The notes under the pieces were generated by a model, which saw nothing but the letters and a program-made list of their open reading frames with translations, was not told where the DNA came from and searched no databases. A stretch of 64,000 nt of DNA from an uncultured Methanosarcinaceae archaeon (GTDB taxonomy: Archaea; Halobacteriota; Methanosarcinia; Methanosarcinales; Methanosarcinaceae): positions 1 to 64,000 of the forward strand of contig CAVSHT010000005.1 in the NCBI GenBank assembly GCA_963727895.1, written 5' to 3'. Of this stretch, positions 21,549 through 31,994 are shown one piece after another. Each line of letters starts with the position of its first letter. Position 1 is the stretch's first letter. The position numbers and the translations under genes are program-made.

Positions 21549-21854
21549 ATGGATATATCTACTCTGGATAAGGAACAAGGAAATCACATTTCAGGAATTG
21601 ACAAAGGTAATATTGTAATGTATGGCCTTAGTACTTGTGTATGGTGCAAAAGGACAAAAAAATTACTTACTGATCTTGGTGTGGACTTTTATTTCATATA
21701 TGTGGATAAACTTGACGAAAAAGAAGAAAATCAGGCGGTTGATGAAGTAAAACGCTTCAATCCTTCTACTTCGTTCCCTACAACGGTTATAAATGGAGAA
21801 AAAGCGATCGTGGGTTTTAAAGAAAAGGAAATCCGTGAGGCTCTTAGATTTTAA
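21549..21854 (+). CDS. Methanoredoxin-like glutaredoxin
   Basis: CVWC active site, SFPT, IVGF; upstream of FDR. Confidence 0.85.
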   Translation: MDISTLDKEQGNHISGIDKGNIVMYGLSTCVWCKRTKKLLTDLGVDFYFIYVDKLDEKEENQAVDEVKRFNPSTSFPTTVINGEKAIVGFKEKEIREALRF

Positions 21855-21932
21855 GTAAGAATTAGACTAAAAAATAGTTTTAGTTTTTGATAAAACGTTT
21901 TCTCAAAAAGTTTTGTTTAAGGGGGAATTTGG

Positions 21933-22481
21933 CTGAAAGAAGAGGAATTCACCGAAGAGGACATAACTGATGAACAAGTGGACAAAGTCTACAGGCATTT
22001 GAATACTCAGGTCGAAAAGTCAGGATATCATCTCAATCCTGATGTTGAGTTCACAAAGGATCTTGTCAGAGGGCTGCTCACTAACGAACAGCGGTACGGA
22101 TACTGGGCCTGTCCTTGCAGGCTTTCTGCTAATAATCTTGAAGAGGATATGGATATTATCTGTCCTTGTTACTATAGAGATCCTGATCTGAATAATTATG
22201 GAGCCTGTTATTGTGCACTTTATGTTTCGGATGAGGTTAGCCGGGGGGAAAGAGAAGCAGAATCTGTTCCTGAAAGGCGCCCTCCTAAAGAAAAAAGAGA
22301 TGCTATAAGAGAGGAAGAAAAGAAAAAAACCGAGATGATGGAATCTATGGAATTTTCAGGGAAACTTTCAAAGCCAGTATGGAGATGTAAAGTTTGTGGA
22401 TATCTCTGTGCCATGGACGAACCGCCTGGTGTTTGTCCTATATGTAAAGCAAAAAAGGAAAGATTTGAACGATTCATGTAA
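21933..22481 (+). CDS. Ferredoxin:disulfide reductase (FTR catalytic domain plus rubredoxin-like domain)
   Basis: CPC..CPC..CYC then CKVC..CPIC; start CTG 21933 (after GGGGGA) or GTG 21978. Confidence 0.85.
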   Translation: MKEEEFTEEDITDEQVDKVYRHLNTQVEKSGYHLNPDVEFTKDLVRGLLTNEQRYGYWACPCRLSANNLEEDMDIICPCYYRDPDLNNYGACYCALYVSDEVSRGEREAESVPERRPPKEKRDAIREEEKKKTEMMESMEFSGKLSKPVWRCKVCGYLCAMDEPPGVCPICKAKKERFERFM

Positions 22482-22582
22482 TTCTTTATTTAATTTTTCT
22501 TTTTATCAGTTTATAAAACAGGCAATATGCCAATTTTACTGTAAAATCATAAATCTTAACAAATTGATGCTTAAGAATTTAG

Positions 22583-23439
22583 GGTTCCGTTGCAAAAAAT
22601 CTTAGAATAAGCCTGTAAATCTATGAATAATGAATAAAAGTTAAAATATTCAAAAAGATATGTCAATATTATAGAACTATTCCAAATAATTGATTAATAT
22701 ATTTAGCTTCATTAAAGCCAGAGTAATTTAAGTTCTTGATTTGTCCTTTTTTAATCATATTCATAGCTTCAATTCCTTTTAAAGTTTTAATGGCTGTATG
22801 AAAAGACTGAAATCCTAACATTGGATTAACTATTCGTTTAATGGATCTATGATCCTGTTCTATAATGTTATTCAAATATTTGATTTGTCGAATGCCTACG
22901 TTTATAGGTAGTATTTTATCATTTTTCAGTTTATCTATAGCAGGTGGATAAGCTGGATTTTTATCAACTGTGATTACTCTTGGAATTTGATTATGATTAG
23001 AGTTCAAAGCTTTTTTGAAGAATCTGTTCGCTGCTTTTTGGTCTCGTTTTGCACTTAACATGAAATCAATTGTATCTCCATTTGAGTCAACTGCTCGGTA
23101 AAAATATTTCCATTCACCTTTAACTCTGATATAAGTTTCATCAACTCTCCAAGAGTCGTTTGTTGGTCTTAAATGCCTTCTGACCTTCTTTTCGATTTCA
23201 GGTGAATATTGATGTACCCATCTCATAATGGTTGTATGGTTGACTATTATCCCTCTTTCTGCCATCATTTCCTTTAAATTTCTATAACTAAGTGGGTATT
23301 TTAAGTACCATCTAACATTCAATAAAATAATTTCACCAACAAAGTGCTTCCATTTAAAGGAATTAGATAGCATATCACTATCTTTGATTTCATTTTTATT
23401 TTAATTATATCCTTAGCAGATATTTTTTGCAACGGAACC
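22583..23439 (-). mobile_element. IS6-family element with intact transposase ORF 22669-23373; no TSD
   Basis: TIR GGTTCCGTTGCAAAAAAT; WRVDETY, TVDK, NNIIEQDHR. Confidence 0.95.
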
Positions 23440-24044
23440 TATTTTTTAATTCATTCCTAATTAGGCTCTTTTAATATTTTATTTTGTAACAGAAGATCTA
23501 TTACGCATTTATTGTCATGAAAAATTAATTTGGAGTTAATTCTGAATTCAATTCTATAAGTTTCCTTTTGATTCCTACATGATCTTAGAACAAAAGAACT
23601 TTTTTGATTTGAAATACAATTAAATATCTTAAATAAGGTCTATTCTGGATCTTTTAATAAATAATAAGCCTTAAATTTGGGTAATTAAGAACCATAAAGT
23701 ATTAAATAGCAAAATTATTTCATTTAAAGTATAAATTGTAAATTTAATACATTAATGTTCCTAAAAAAGTAAGTAATCTTTTATTATTAAATCTTAATAT
23801 AACGTTTCTGTTAGGAATACATCGAACATTACCACCCACACTCAAGAAACCCAAAAGTATGCTATTAGAAAATAGCTTTGTCATGTGCATGTAAAAATGG
23901 CTTAAAATGAAGAAACCATATGCGTATACCTGCAATATCCGTTCGATGTATTCCTAACATATTTTTTAATTCATTCCTAAAATTTTTAATATACTTACTA
24001 AACTGAAACTATTTATAACAGAAATAAGCTTGCTAGGGATTAAA

Positions 24045-24443
24045 ATGCCAGATAACCCTGAGGAAAAATTACTGATTTTACAGCTTTCCGAAGATTCCAG
24101 AAAAATTGCTCGACTTCTTTCAAGTGAAACCTCGATCAGAATTCTTAAGTTGCTTAATAAGAAGTCGATGTCGGCAGGTAACCTTGCTGAAGAGCTTGGT
24201 GTGCGCCTGAATACCCTCAAATATAATCTGGATTCACTGCTTGATGCCGGGATGATCAGAGTAAGACACATAAAGTGGAGCCGGAAAGGAAGGGAAATAA
24301 AAGTTTATGAAGCAGCGAAAAAAGTAATTGTTTTTCTGCCAGCAAAAGAGAATCTCGAGACTCCTCTTATTTCAATGAAACGTCGGCAAGAAAACACGGA
24401 AAATTCAGAGAGACAAGAAATCCTAAAATTGTCTTGGAGCTAA
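24045..24443 (+). CDS. ArsR family HTH regulator
   Basis: LSSETSIRIL..SAGNLAEELG..LKYNL..KWSRKGR. Confidence 0.8.
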   Translation: MPDNPEEKLLILQLSEDSRKIARLLSSETSIRILKLLNKKSMSAGNLAEELGVRLNTLKYNLDSLLDAGMIRVRHIKWSRKGREIKVYEAAKKVIVFLPAKENLETPLISMKRRQENTENSERQEILKLSWS

Positions 24444-24529
24444 CAGGACATTTCTAAATTTCCGAAAAATACTTTTGAAAAACAACCAAATATTAATATA
24501 TGAACTTGAATTAAACGTAGAGTCCAATA

Positions 24530-25582
24530 ATGAGTTCTTTCCATAGGACGTGGCCCAGTATGAATATTAAATTTTTGTCCTTGTTCCTTATAATTGCAGG
24601 CATCATAATGATATCAGGCTGTGTTGATAAGGATGCAAAGGCATTTACTTATACGCCTTCAGAGGATCTGGCTAGAACTATTTTTTTCCCCTATATAGGT
24701 CTCCTTAACAATCATTCCGGTGACTTTCCTGCTCCAGATGTTAGTCCAGGCTCTAAACCTGATTTGAAATTTACAACATCTCTTCTTGACAATGACATAG
24801 AGAAAGCAGAAAATATTTCATTAAAGATTAAAACTGGAATTGAGCGCTATAAAGCAGGTGGGAAAGACGTGAGTAGACTTGAAGCTCTGCTTGAAGATTA
24901 TAACCGTCTTATAAATGAGGCAAAGCAGTATCGAGCTCTTGCAGATAAATCTTTTGAAGAAGAAAATAATAGCTCCATTGAGAATAATAGCCAATATAAT
25001 GTCTCGTCCGAAAATTTGGGAAAAGATTATTTAGTCCTATCTCAGAAAAGAATGATGCAAGCTAATCGTGTATTGAGAGATATTTTTGAGGAAATTCAGT
25101 CTCTATCACATGGAAGTGAAGAACTCAACAATATATCCCAGCTTATTTCGATAGGACAAGGAAAAGCTATGTTTATGGGCAGTTTTACCCTGAACATGCA
25201 CCTTGAAAATGGAGAAATGGCAATACTTGATCTTTCCAACGATTCCGAAATTGATATAAACGGAAATTACACATTTGAAGAGAAAAATGACTCACCTGAT
25301 ATGGATGATTCACATAATAAGGTGCGTCTGTATTACATAAATTCTTCTGATGTAAACATTTCTGGATCCCGTAAGACTATACTGTTATCTTGTGAAAACA
25401 TTAACCTCACTTCAGATGGTGAAGGTTATGCAGCTTTTCAGGGAAACGGCACTTACATTATTGAAGAAGCAGGTAAAATAGTAAAAGAAGAAAAATGGAC
25501 GACACCTTTCTTTGAGGACGGAATGAGTTCTGAAGAACATAAGCCAAGTAGAAGGAACAATAATACTGAAATATGGGCTTAA
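24530..25582 (+). CDS. Hypothetical lipoprotein
   Basis: ISGC lipobox; helical region then beta-rich region. Confidence 0.65.
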   Translation: MSSFHRTWPSMNIKFLSLFLIIAGIIMISGCVDKDAKAFTYTPSEDLARTIFFPYIGLLNNHSGDFPAPDVSPGSKPDLKFTTSLLDNDIEKAENISLKIKTGIERYKAGGKDVSRLEALLEDYNRLINEAKQYRALADKSFEEENNSSIENNSQYNVSSENLGKDYLVLSQKRMMQANRVLRDIFEEIQSLSHGSEELNNISQLISIGQGKAMFMGSFTLNMHLENGEMAILDLSNDSEIDINGNYTFEEKNDSPDMDDSHNKVRLYYINSSDVNISGSRKTILLSCENINLTSDGEGYAAFQGNGTYIIEEAGKIVKEEKWTTPFFEDGMSSEEHKPSRRNNNTEIWA

Positions 25583-25759
25583 ATACAAATAATATATGAA
25601 GTAATCGGTACACATAGCAAATAGTATAATATAAATTGAAAAAGCTTCCCGAAACGGAAAGCATGAGAATTTCGTTTGGGGGAAGCAATGAACGTCCCAG
25701 ATAAATATATAATATACTTGAATAATTTTATACTCAAAATGTAACTCCGGGTTTATTAG

Positions 25760-27025
25760 ATGAATCGAAGGTTCTATATTATTTGTATTGCTGCCATACT
25801 TGCTTTAGTGGGACCTGCATTAGCCAACAGCACGTCCACAGTCCATGGGTCAATATACCGCTGGGATACGTTCAAGCCTCTGGAAAATGCTGTAGTTGAA
25901 GTAAATTCGACTCCTTCACAGTCTATGGTGGCAAGATATGGTGTTTACTCTTTTGATCTGGTACCCGGAGATTATAATATTACAGCCTATTACTATCAGA
26001 ATAATAGCGTTATATATTCGGCAACAGAGATAATTAAAATTAAAGATCAAGGAAACTATGTACGCGATCTCTTACTCTTTCCGGTTTACTCTGACGAACT
26101 TATGAGTAGTTCTGAAAATCAAAGCAAAAGCACAGAAAATTCTTCAAATTCAATAATAGATACTGCTGTAAGTGATATTGAAAGCTCTAAAGATGGTTCA
26201 AACAATACGAATTCAGTTGATTCAAATAGTGCTGGCTTTATAAATGCGCCTTATCTCCTGATAACAGCTTTTTTATTTCTCATTCTACTTGGAGGCTATC
26301 ATATTTCCAGAAGGAATAAAAAAATAAAGGAAAATCAGCCTCAAAAAATGGTGTATATAAATGGAAAAGGACATATTGTCACAGAGCCTCCCAAATATGT
26401 TAAAGTGTCCGAACTTCCGGTGGAAGCCTCTGATCAAATAAAAATTCCTTCTAAAGACATAAAACCAGAGATAAAACAGGAATATCAGGAAAAAGAATTG
26501 GTAAAATTCTTTGAAGCCGTATCTGAACTAGAGGAAAGAGTAGAACCTGCTAATGAGCCTATAAAAGGACTCGGGGAAGAACCTGTAAAAGAGACCGAAG
26601 GGGAAATGCTATTAAATGAAATAATACCTGAAATCGCAGAAAAAGAGATGCCAGTAGAGCCAGTAGAGCCAGTAGAAATTAAAGAGCCTTCTCCTGCAAA
26701 AGAAAAAGAACTTGGTGAATCCAAGCCACAAACAGAGAAAGAAGAAACTCTCATTGAAAAATCTGGTGATGAACTCACAGAAAGTTCCAAAATTGAAAGC
26801 TCCGGCTCCATAAAGAAGCTTCCTCTTCCTGCAGACCTTCAAGAAGTTATGGATATTATCCGAGGACAAGGTGGCAGGATTACCCAGAAGGATCTTCGAA
26901 GCAAATTGAAGTACTCTGAAGGAAAGGTCAGTCTTATGCTTGCAGACCTGGAAAGAAGAGAACTGGTTGAAAAGTTTAAAAGGGGACGAGGTAACGTAGT
27001 AATTATAAGAGATGAACAACGCTAA
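25760..27025 (+). CDS. Membrane-anchored winged-helix protein (signal peptide, extracellular beta-sandwich, TM, acidic linker, C-terminal wHTH)
   Basis: Signal peptide; GVYSFDLVPGDY; TM YLLITAFLFLILLGGY; GGRITQKDLR..SEGKVSLMLADLE..KRGRGN. Confidence 0.75.
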   Translation: MNRRFYIICIAAILALVGPALANSTSTVHGSIYRWDTFKPLENAVVEVNSTPSQSMVARYGVYSFDLVPGDYNITAYYYQNNSVIYSATEIIKIKDQGNYVRDLLLFPVYSDELMSSSENQSKSTENSSNSIIDTAVSDIESSKDGSNNTNSVDSNSAGFINAPYLLITAFLFLILLGGYHISRRNKKIKENQPQKMVYINGKGHIVTEPPKYVKVSELPVEASDQIKIPSKDIKPEIKQEYQEKELVKFFEAVSELEERVEPANEPIKGLGEEPVKETEGEMLLNEIIPEIAEKEMPVEPVEPVEIKEPSPAKEKELGESKPQTEKEETLIEKSGDELTESSKIESSGSIKKLPLPADLQEVMDIIRGQGGRITQKDLRSKLKYSEGKVSLMLADLERRELVEKFKRGRGNVVIIRDEQR

Positions 27026-27164
27026 TAATCAATATACTTTCATCTCTCATTTTTGGCTTGTTCAACTCTTAAATATTGAGTAAAAGTTTCCAGAAAGTAA
27101 TGGTCTTTATTTATTTAAATTGAGTCAATAATCTCATATTAGAACTGAATCAATAATCTTATTT

Positions 27165-27901
27165 GGCATTGTTACTTAAATATATCTAGTTCTTTATTTC
27201 TGTATTTCATCAAGAATAACCGAGTACTTTAGCATTTCAAGACTTTTTGTATAACACTTTGTCTTTCTTCTTAACCTTGCCAAAAAGTGCCTCAATATGC
27301 TGTTATATCCCTCAACTGTAAATGTTTCTGCTTTTGATTGAGTATGAATCGTTTCAGGAAGAAACTCTGCATATGCCCTCCAGTGATCTGTCATCACTTC
27401 TCCAATGTCTTTTTTCTTCAATTTTTCCCAGAGTAGTTTTCCAGTTTCCGTTCCTCTGCTACCAAAAGAGCAGTTGATAAACTTTTTCCCAACTCTATCA
27501 ACAGCAATCCAGATCCAGCAATATTTTTTTTGTTACCGATGTAAGTGTACATTTCATCCATTTCAACAATAGATATCTCATTTTCACTTTTTAGGTTCTC
27601 TAACTCCTGACCAAATTTCTTGATCCGTTTTTGGACAGAAACATGACTCACCCCTAAAATCTTCCTATTGAACGAAAGCCCAATCCTTCAAGGTAAAGTT
27701 GTAAAGCCTGTTTTTTAACAGAGGCGGAAAAAGCAGTTGATTTTAGCTCTACTGTATAGTTATATCCACAATCAGAGCATTTGTAGCGTTGACGCCCACC
27801 AACTATACCGTTCTTTTTGTGACTGGAACTATTGCATCTGGGGCAGTTAATGAAGAAATATACTTTCTAATAGTATATAACTATGTTTAAGTATCAATGC
27901 C
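27165..27901 (-). mobile_element. IS1-family copy B (degenerate)
   Basis: TIRs GGCATTGTTACTTAAA / TTTAAGTATCAATGCC; ATT start; frameshift near the insB end. Confidence 0.9.
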
Positions 27902-27919
27902 GTAAATCTAATATGAAGA

Positions 27920-28441
27920 ATGAAAATGAATAAAACAAAACATAACTATTTCATAGACTTAATATTTTTTATCCAATTTCTCTTAGTCGGTTATTCAGGT
28001 CTTGTAATGTATTTAAATCAACATGCTGCAGGCCAGATCTTGAGGCTGATCCATGACAAAATTGGAATCTTAATGTCAGTGTTTTTTGTTATCCACATTG
28101 CCCTTCACTGGAAATGGATAGTGAGTACAACAAAGAGCCTTTTCAGTAAAAGAGAGATAACTGGAAGAAGAAAACTCAATTATCTAGTAAACTTGATATT
28201 CTTCGTTCAATTTGTCCTGGTAGGTTATTCAGGTCTTGTAATGTATATTAACCACCACGGTGCAGGTTTTATTCTTCACCTTATCCATGATAAAATTGGA
28301 ATCTTGATGCTGGCTTTCTTTATTATCCACATCGCACTTCACTGGAAATGGATAGTATTCACAACAAAGAACTTATTAAGAAGAGATGAACAGATAAAAG
28401 AGAACGAAATTATCGAGGCAAACTATATGCCTGTAGACTAA
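27920..28441 (+). CDS. Tandem DUF4405-like (cytochrome b-like) membrane protein
   Basis: Two copies of YSGLVMY..IHDKIG..HIALHWKWI. Confidence 0.75.
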   Translation: MKMNKTKHNYFIDLIFFIQFLLVGYSGLVMYLNQHAAGQILRLIHDKIGILMSVFFVIHIALHWKWIVSTTKSLFSKREITGRRKLNYLVNLIFFVQFVLVGYSGLVMYINHHGAGFILHLIHDKIGILMLAFFIIHIALHWKWIVFTTKNLLRRDEQIKENEIIEANYMPVD

Positions 28442-28874
28442 AGTAGGCAAAAAGTAAGAAATTAGAGATAAGCGCCTACCTAATAGACCAATGAGTCCGA
28501 GAGCAGAGTTATCAAAATAATATAAGCAGATCACAAATTAAATAGTATGTGTTCACCCCATCAAAAAGATGGGGGATGCTTCGGACTAACCAGTTTCTGA
28601 GAAATAGTTAAGTATCCTTATGAAACTTTTTTAATAAAGTTGCATTACCGACTTCTGTAACATGGTACTGCGAAATAATATCAATTAAAAAAGAAGTAAT
28701 GGAATAGAGATTTGAACAAAAACCAAAAAGAGAAGATTTCACTTATTTCAGAACTAAAAACAGAGTACTCGTGCGTATCAATAATAAATAAAGAACAAAA
28801 TAGTAGCTAAAAAATCCGACTTTCTAAAAAACCTATATCAGCTTAAGAAGCCTAAATTAATAAGTAAAATAAGA

Positions 28875-29614
28875 GGCATTGATACTTAAACATAGTTATA
28901 TACTATTAGAAAGTATATTTCTTCATTAACTGCCCCAGATGCAATAGTTCTAATTACAAAAAGAATGGTATAGTTGGCGGGCGTCAACGGTACAAATGCT
29001 CTGATTGTGGCTATAACTATACAGTAGAGCTAAAATCAACTGCTATTTCCGTCTCTGTAAAAAGACAGGCTTTACAACTCTATCTTGAAGGATTAGGCTT
29101 TCGCTCAATAGGAAGAGTTTTAGGGGTAAGTCATGTTTCTGTCCAAAAATGGATAAAGAAATTTGGTCAAGAGTTAGAGGATCTAAAAAGTGAAAGTGAG
29201 ATATCTATTGTTGAAATGGATGAGATGCACACTTACATCGGTAACAAAAAAAATATTGCTGGATCTGGATTGCTGTTGATAGAGTTGGGAAAAAGTTCAT
29301 CAACTGCTCTTTTGGCATCAGAGGAACGGAAACTGGAAAACTACTCTGGGAAAAATTGAAGAAAAAATAAATTGGAGAAATGATGACAGATCACTGGAGA
29401 GCATATGCAGAGTTTCCTCCAGAAAAGATCCATACTCAATCAAAAGCAGAAACATTTACAGTTGAGGGATATAACAGCATATTGAGGCATTTTCTAGCAA
29501 GATTGAGAAGAAAGACAAAGTGTTATACAAAAAGTCTTGAAATGCTAAAGTACTCGGTTATTCTATTGATGAAATAAAGAAATAAAGAACTAGATATAGT
29601 TAAGTAACAATGCC
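28875..29614 (+). mobile_element. IS1-family copy C (premature stops)
   Basis: TIRs GGCATTGATACTTAA / TTAAGTAACAATGCC. Confidence 0.9.
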
Positions 29615-29889
29615 ATATTTACATATGGATTTTTGCAATAATCAATTTCAGTTCATTTGATTGATTTTCATTTGAGAGTGATTTTTGCTTCATGAACTAT
29701 TTATCATTGCAATTCTGCTGTTCTCCAGCTAATTTTCCAGCTAATATTGTACACCCCCTTATTGGCAACAAAAGAGATAAAAATACTTGCAAAAAATAAG
29801 ACACTAATATTTATATAATTCAAATTTAAAGATTAATTAATCCTTACATTTTAAAATAAAAGTTAATTATTCAATTTAATTTTGATTCT

Positions 29890-30060
29890 GCTTATTTTTC
29901 CTTTTTTTGTTCATAAGTATAAGCTCAGGTCTTTTGCTTCCACCAAATTGTGGTGTTAAAATGCGGCATAACCTCTTTTAGCTATAATTTTCACAATAGC
30001 CACATTTTATTAGTCTCCTTAATTTTGATAGCAGCTTCTCCAACAGAATTCCCTAAAACT
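29890..30060 (-). pseudogene. Highly decayed IS630 transposase fragment
   Basis: Reverse complement GGGAATTCTGTTGGAGAAGCTGC..GGTTATGCCGC..TTTGGTGGAAG resembles 59290-59425. Confidence 0.55.
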
Positions 30061-30905
30061 ATACACTCCGTTCTGTTGATAATTAATTATAAAGTTAATT
30101 TGCTATAAACCTTGAAAAAAATCTTGCTTTTTACTGTTGAGTAAAATTACCATTTTATATACTAAAAAAGTACTCTAAACTCTTATTTTGTCGAAGATGA
30201 TCGTTCTTGTAGATGATATAAAGGTGTTTTTGAGAACGCTCAATGACAACTAATACTTTATCAGGAGGTTAATTTTGATTTATGGGTGCATTAAAGAGTA
30301 AATTAGTGAAAAAATAGTCTAAAAAGCTTCATTAGTAAATTAATTCATTAAATTTCCTATTTTTAGCTAAGTATGCTTTTATTATTTAATGCCTATTGAA
30401 GAAATGACTTGCTTCTCCTGAAAGCTGGCAGGTAAGTTTCAAACACCTCGCAGGTTTATATATTAAACCGGAGATTTCACTCGTAAAAAACAAATAGAAA
30501 TAGAAATAGAAAGCAAGTATAATAAAAACCTGGCCACTTAAAACCAGGGCCCTTCAATCTAAATTCAAATTTTTCGATTTGAAGTATGAGAGAAGGAAGC
30601 AGTCAAAAAGCCTACATTCCAAAAATGAGGCATTTGTATGATTCAAATGCCTCAAAAACGTGGATTGGTAATTAATCTGCAACCGATTTGTGTTAATCCT
30701 CTTTAACTAAGACGATCAAGGTTCGTTAATTAACAGAAGAAGAAATCTGAATTCTAGCAGAAGATCAATTTGAGATTAGAAATATAAACAAAAACTTTCT
30801 GTACATCAAAAGCAAAAATTTATATTAAAATTTTAGGCAGATTGTGAAAAAAGTTGAACTTGTTCAGGCTGTCTGAAGAGGCAATTATAGGGCTAGAGGG
30901 CATAT

Positions 30906-31985
30906 ATGACACTTAGTGAACTAATAGATTCTTTTAAAACAAAGTTGAATCCCTCAAAAGTTATAGATTCACTGGAAAAAAAGGCTAGTTTCTACGATGA
31001 ATCTGAGAGTAATCCAGAGGGCAATTCGGGGGCGAATCTAAAAAATCCGTATCTTAATTCTGGAACAATTTTTAGTAACAGTTCGAACGAAGGAAGGATT
31101 TCCAAAAATAAAGATGATCCTCTTATCAGGCTGACCGATGTCTGGAAAATTTATACGATGGGTGAGGTTGAGTTTGCAGCCCTTAAAGGAATAAATCTAG
31201 AAATATACGAAGGAGAATTTCTGATAATTCTTGGGCCCAGTGGAAGTGGGAAAAGTACTATGATGAATCTGTTGGGATGCCTGGACATACCTTCAAAGGG
31301 AGCAGTTTGGCTGAATTCAAAGGACATTTCAGAACTTAACGAATCGGAACTCTCTGTCATTAGAGGACAGATGATTGGTTTCATATTCCAGAGTTTCAAC
31401 CTTCTTCCTACACTTAGTACAGAAGAAAATGTGCTGTTACCTATGGAATTTCAGGAAGAAGATCCACAAATGTCTAGGCAAAAGGCCTCATATCTGCTTG
31501 ATATTGTCGGGCTCTCAGAAAAGAAACATAACCTTCCTTCTCAGCTCTCAGGAGGGCAGAGGCAAAGAGTTGCAATAGCTCGTTCCCTGGCTGTAAACCC
31601 ACCTATAATCCTGGCAGATGAGCCTACAGGAAACCTGGATACTAAGACTGGAGATTATATTCTTGATTTCTTAGACGAGTTAAATGAAAAAGAAGGAAAG
31701 ACGATTATTATTGTGACTCACGACGTCGAACTTGTAAGATATGCAACAAGAGTTGTATATATCAGAGACGGCGAGATCGAAAAAATTGAAACACATATGA
31801 AAAATAAACCAAATATAGAAAACGAACCAGCTACAGAAAACGAACCAGCTACAGAAAACGAACCAGCTACAGAAAACGGATCAAATATAGAAAACGAACC
31901 AAATACAGAAAATGAATCCGGTATAAAAAACGAAATGACTGCAGAAAACGAAACAAGTACAAAAAACGAATCAGATCCGAATTGA
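30906..31985 (+). CDS. ABC transporter ATPase (LolD/MacB type) with acidic repeat tail
   Basis: [26 protein letters not shown]. Confidence 0.9.
   Translation: MTLSELIDSFKTKLNPSKVIDSLEKKASFYDESESNPEGNSGANLKNPYLNSGTIFSNSSNEGRISKNKDDPLIRLTDVWKIYTMGEVEFAALKGINLEIYEGEFLIILGPSGSGKSTMMNLLGCLDIPSKGAVWLNSKDISELNESELSVIRGQMIGFIFQSFNLLPTLSTEENVLLPMEFQEEDPQMSRQKASYLLDIVGLSEKKHNLPSQLSGGQRQRVAIARSLAVNPPIILADEPTGNLDTKTGDYILDFLDELNEKEGKTIIIVTHDVELVRYATRVVYIRDGEIEKIETHMKNKPNIENEPATENEPATENEPATENGSNIENEPNTENESGIKNEMTAENETSTKNESDPN
31816..31980 (+). repeat. 18-bp coding tandem repeat (ENEPAT), three exact plus degenerate units
   Basis: AGAAAACGAACCAGCTAC x3 followed by GAAAACG variants. Confidence 0.85.
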
Positions 31986-31994
31986 GGAATTAAA

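Noticed and set aside
21549..22481. Glutaredoxin-FTR pair as a novel system
   Set aside because: Matches the characterised methanoredoxin/FDR pair of Methanosarcina
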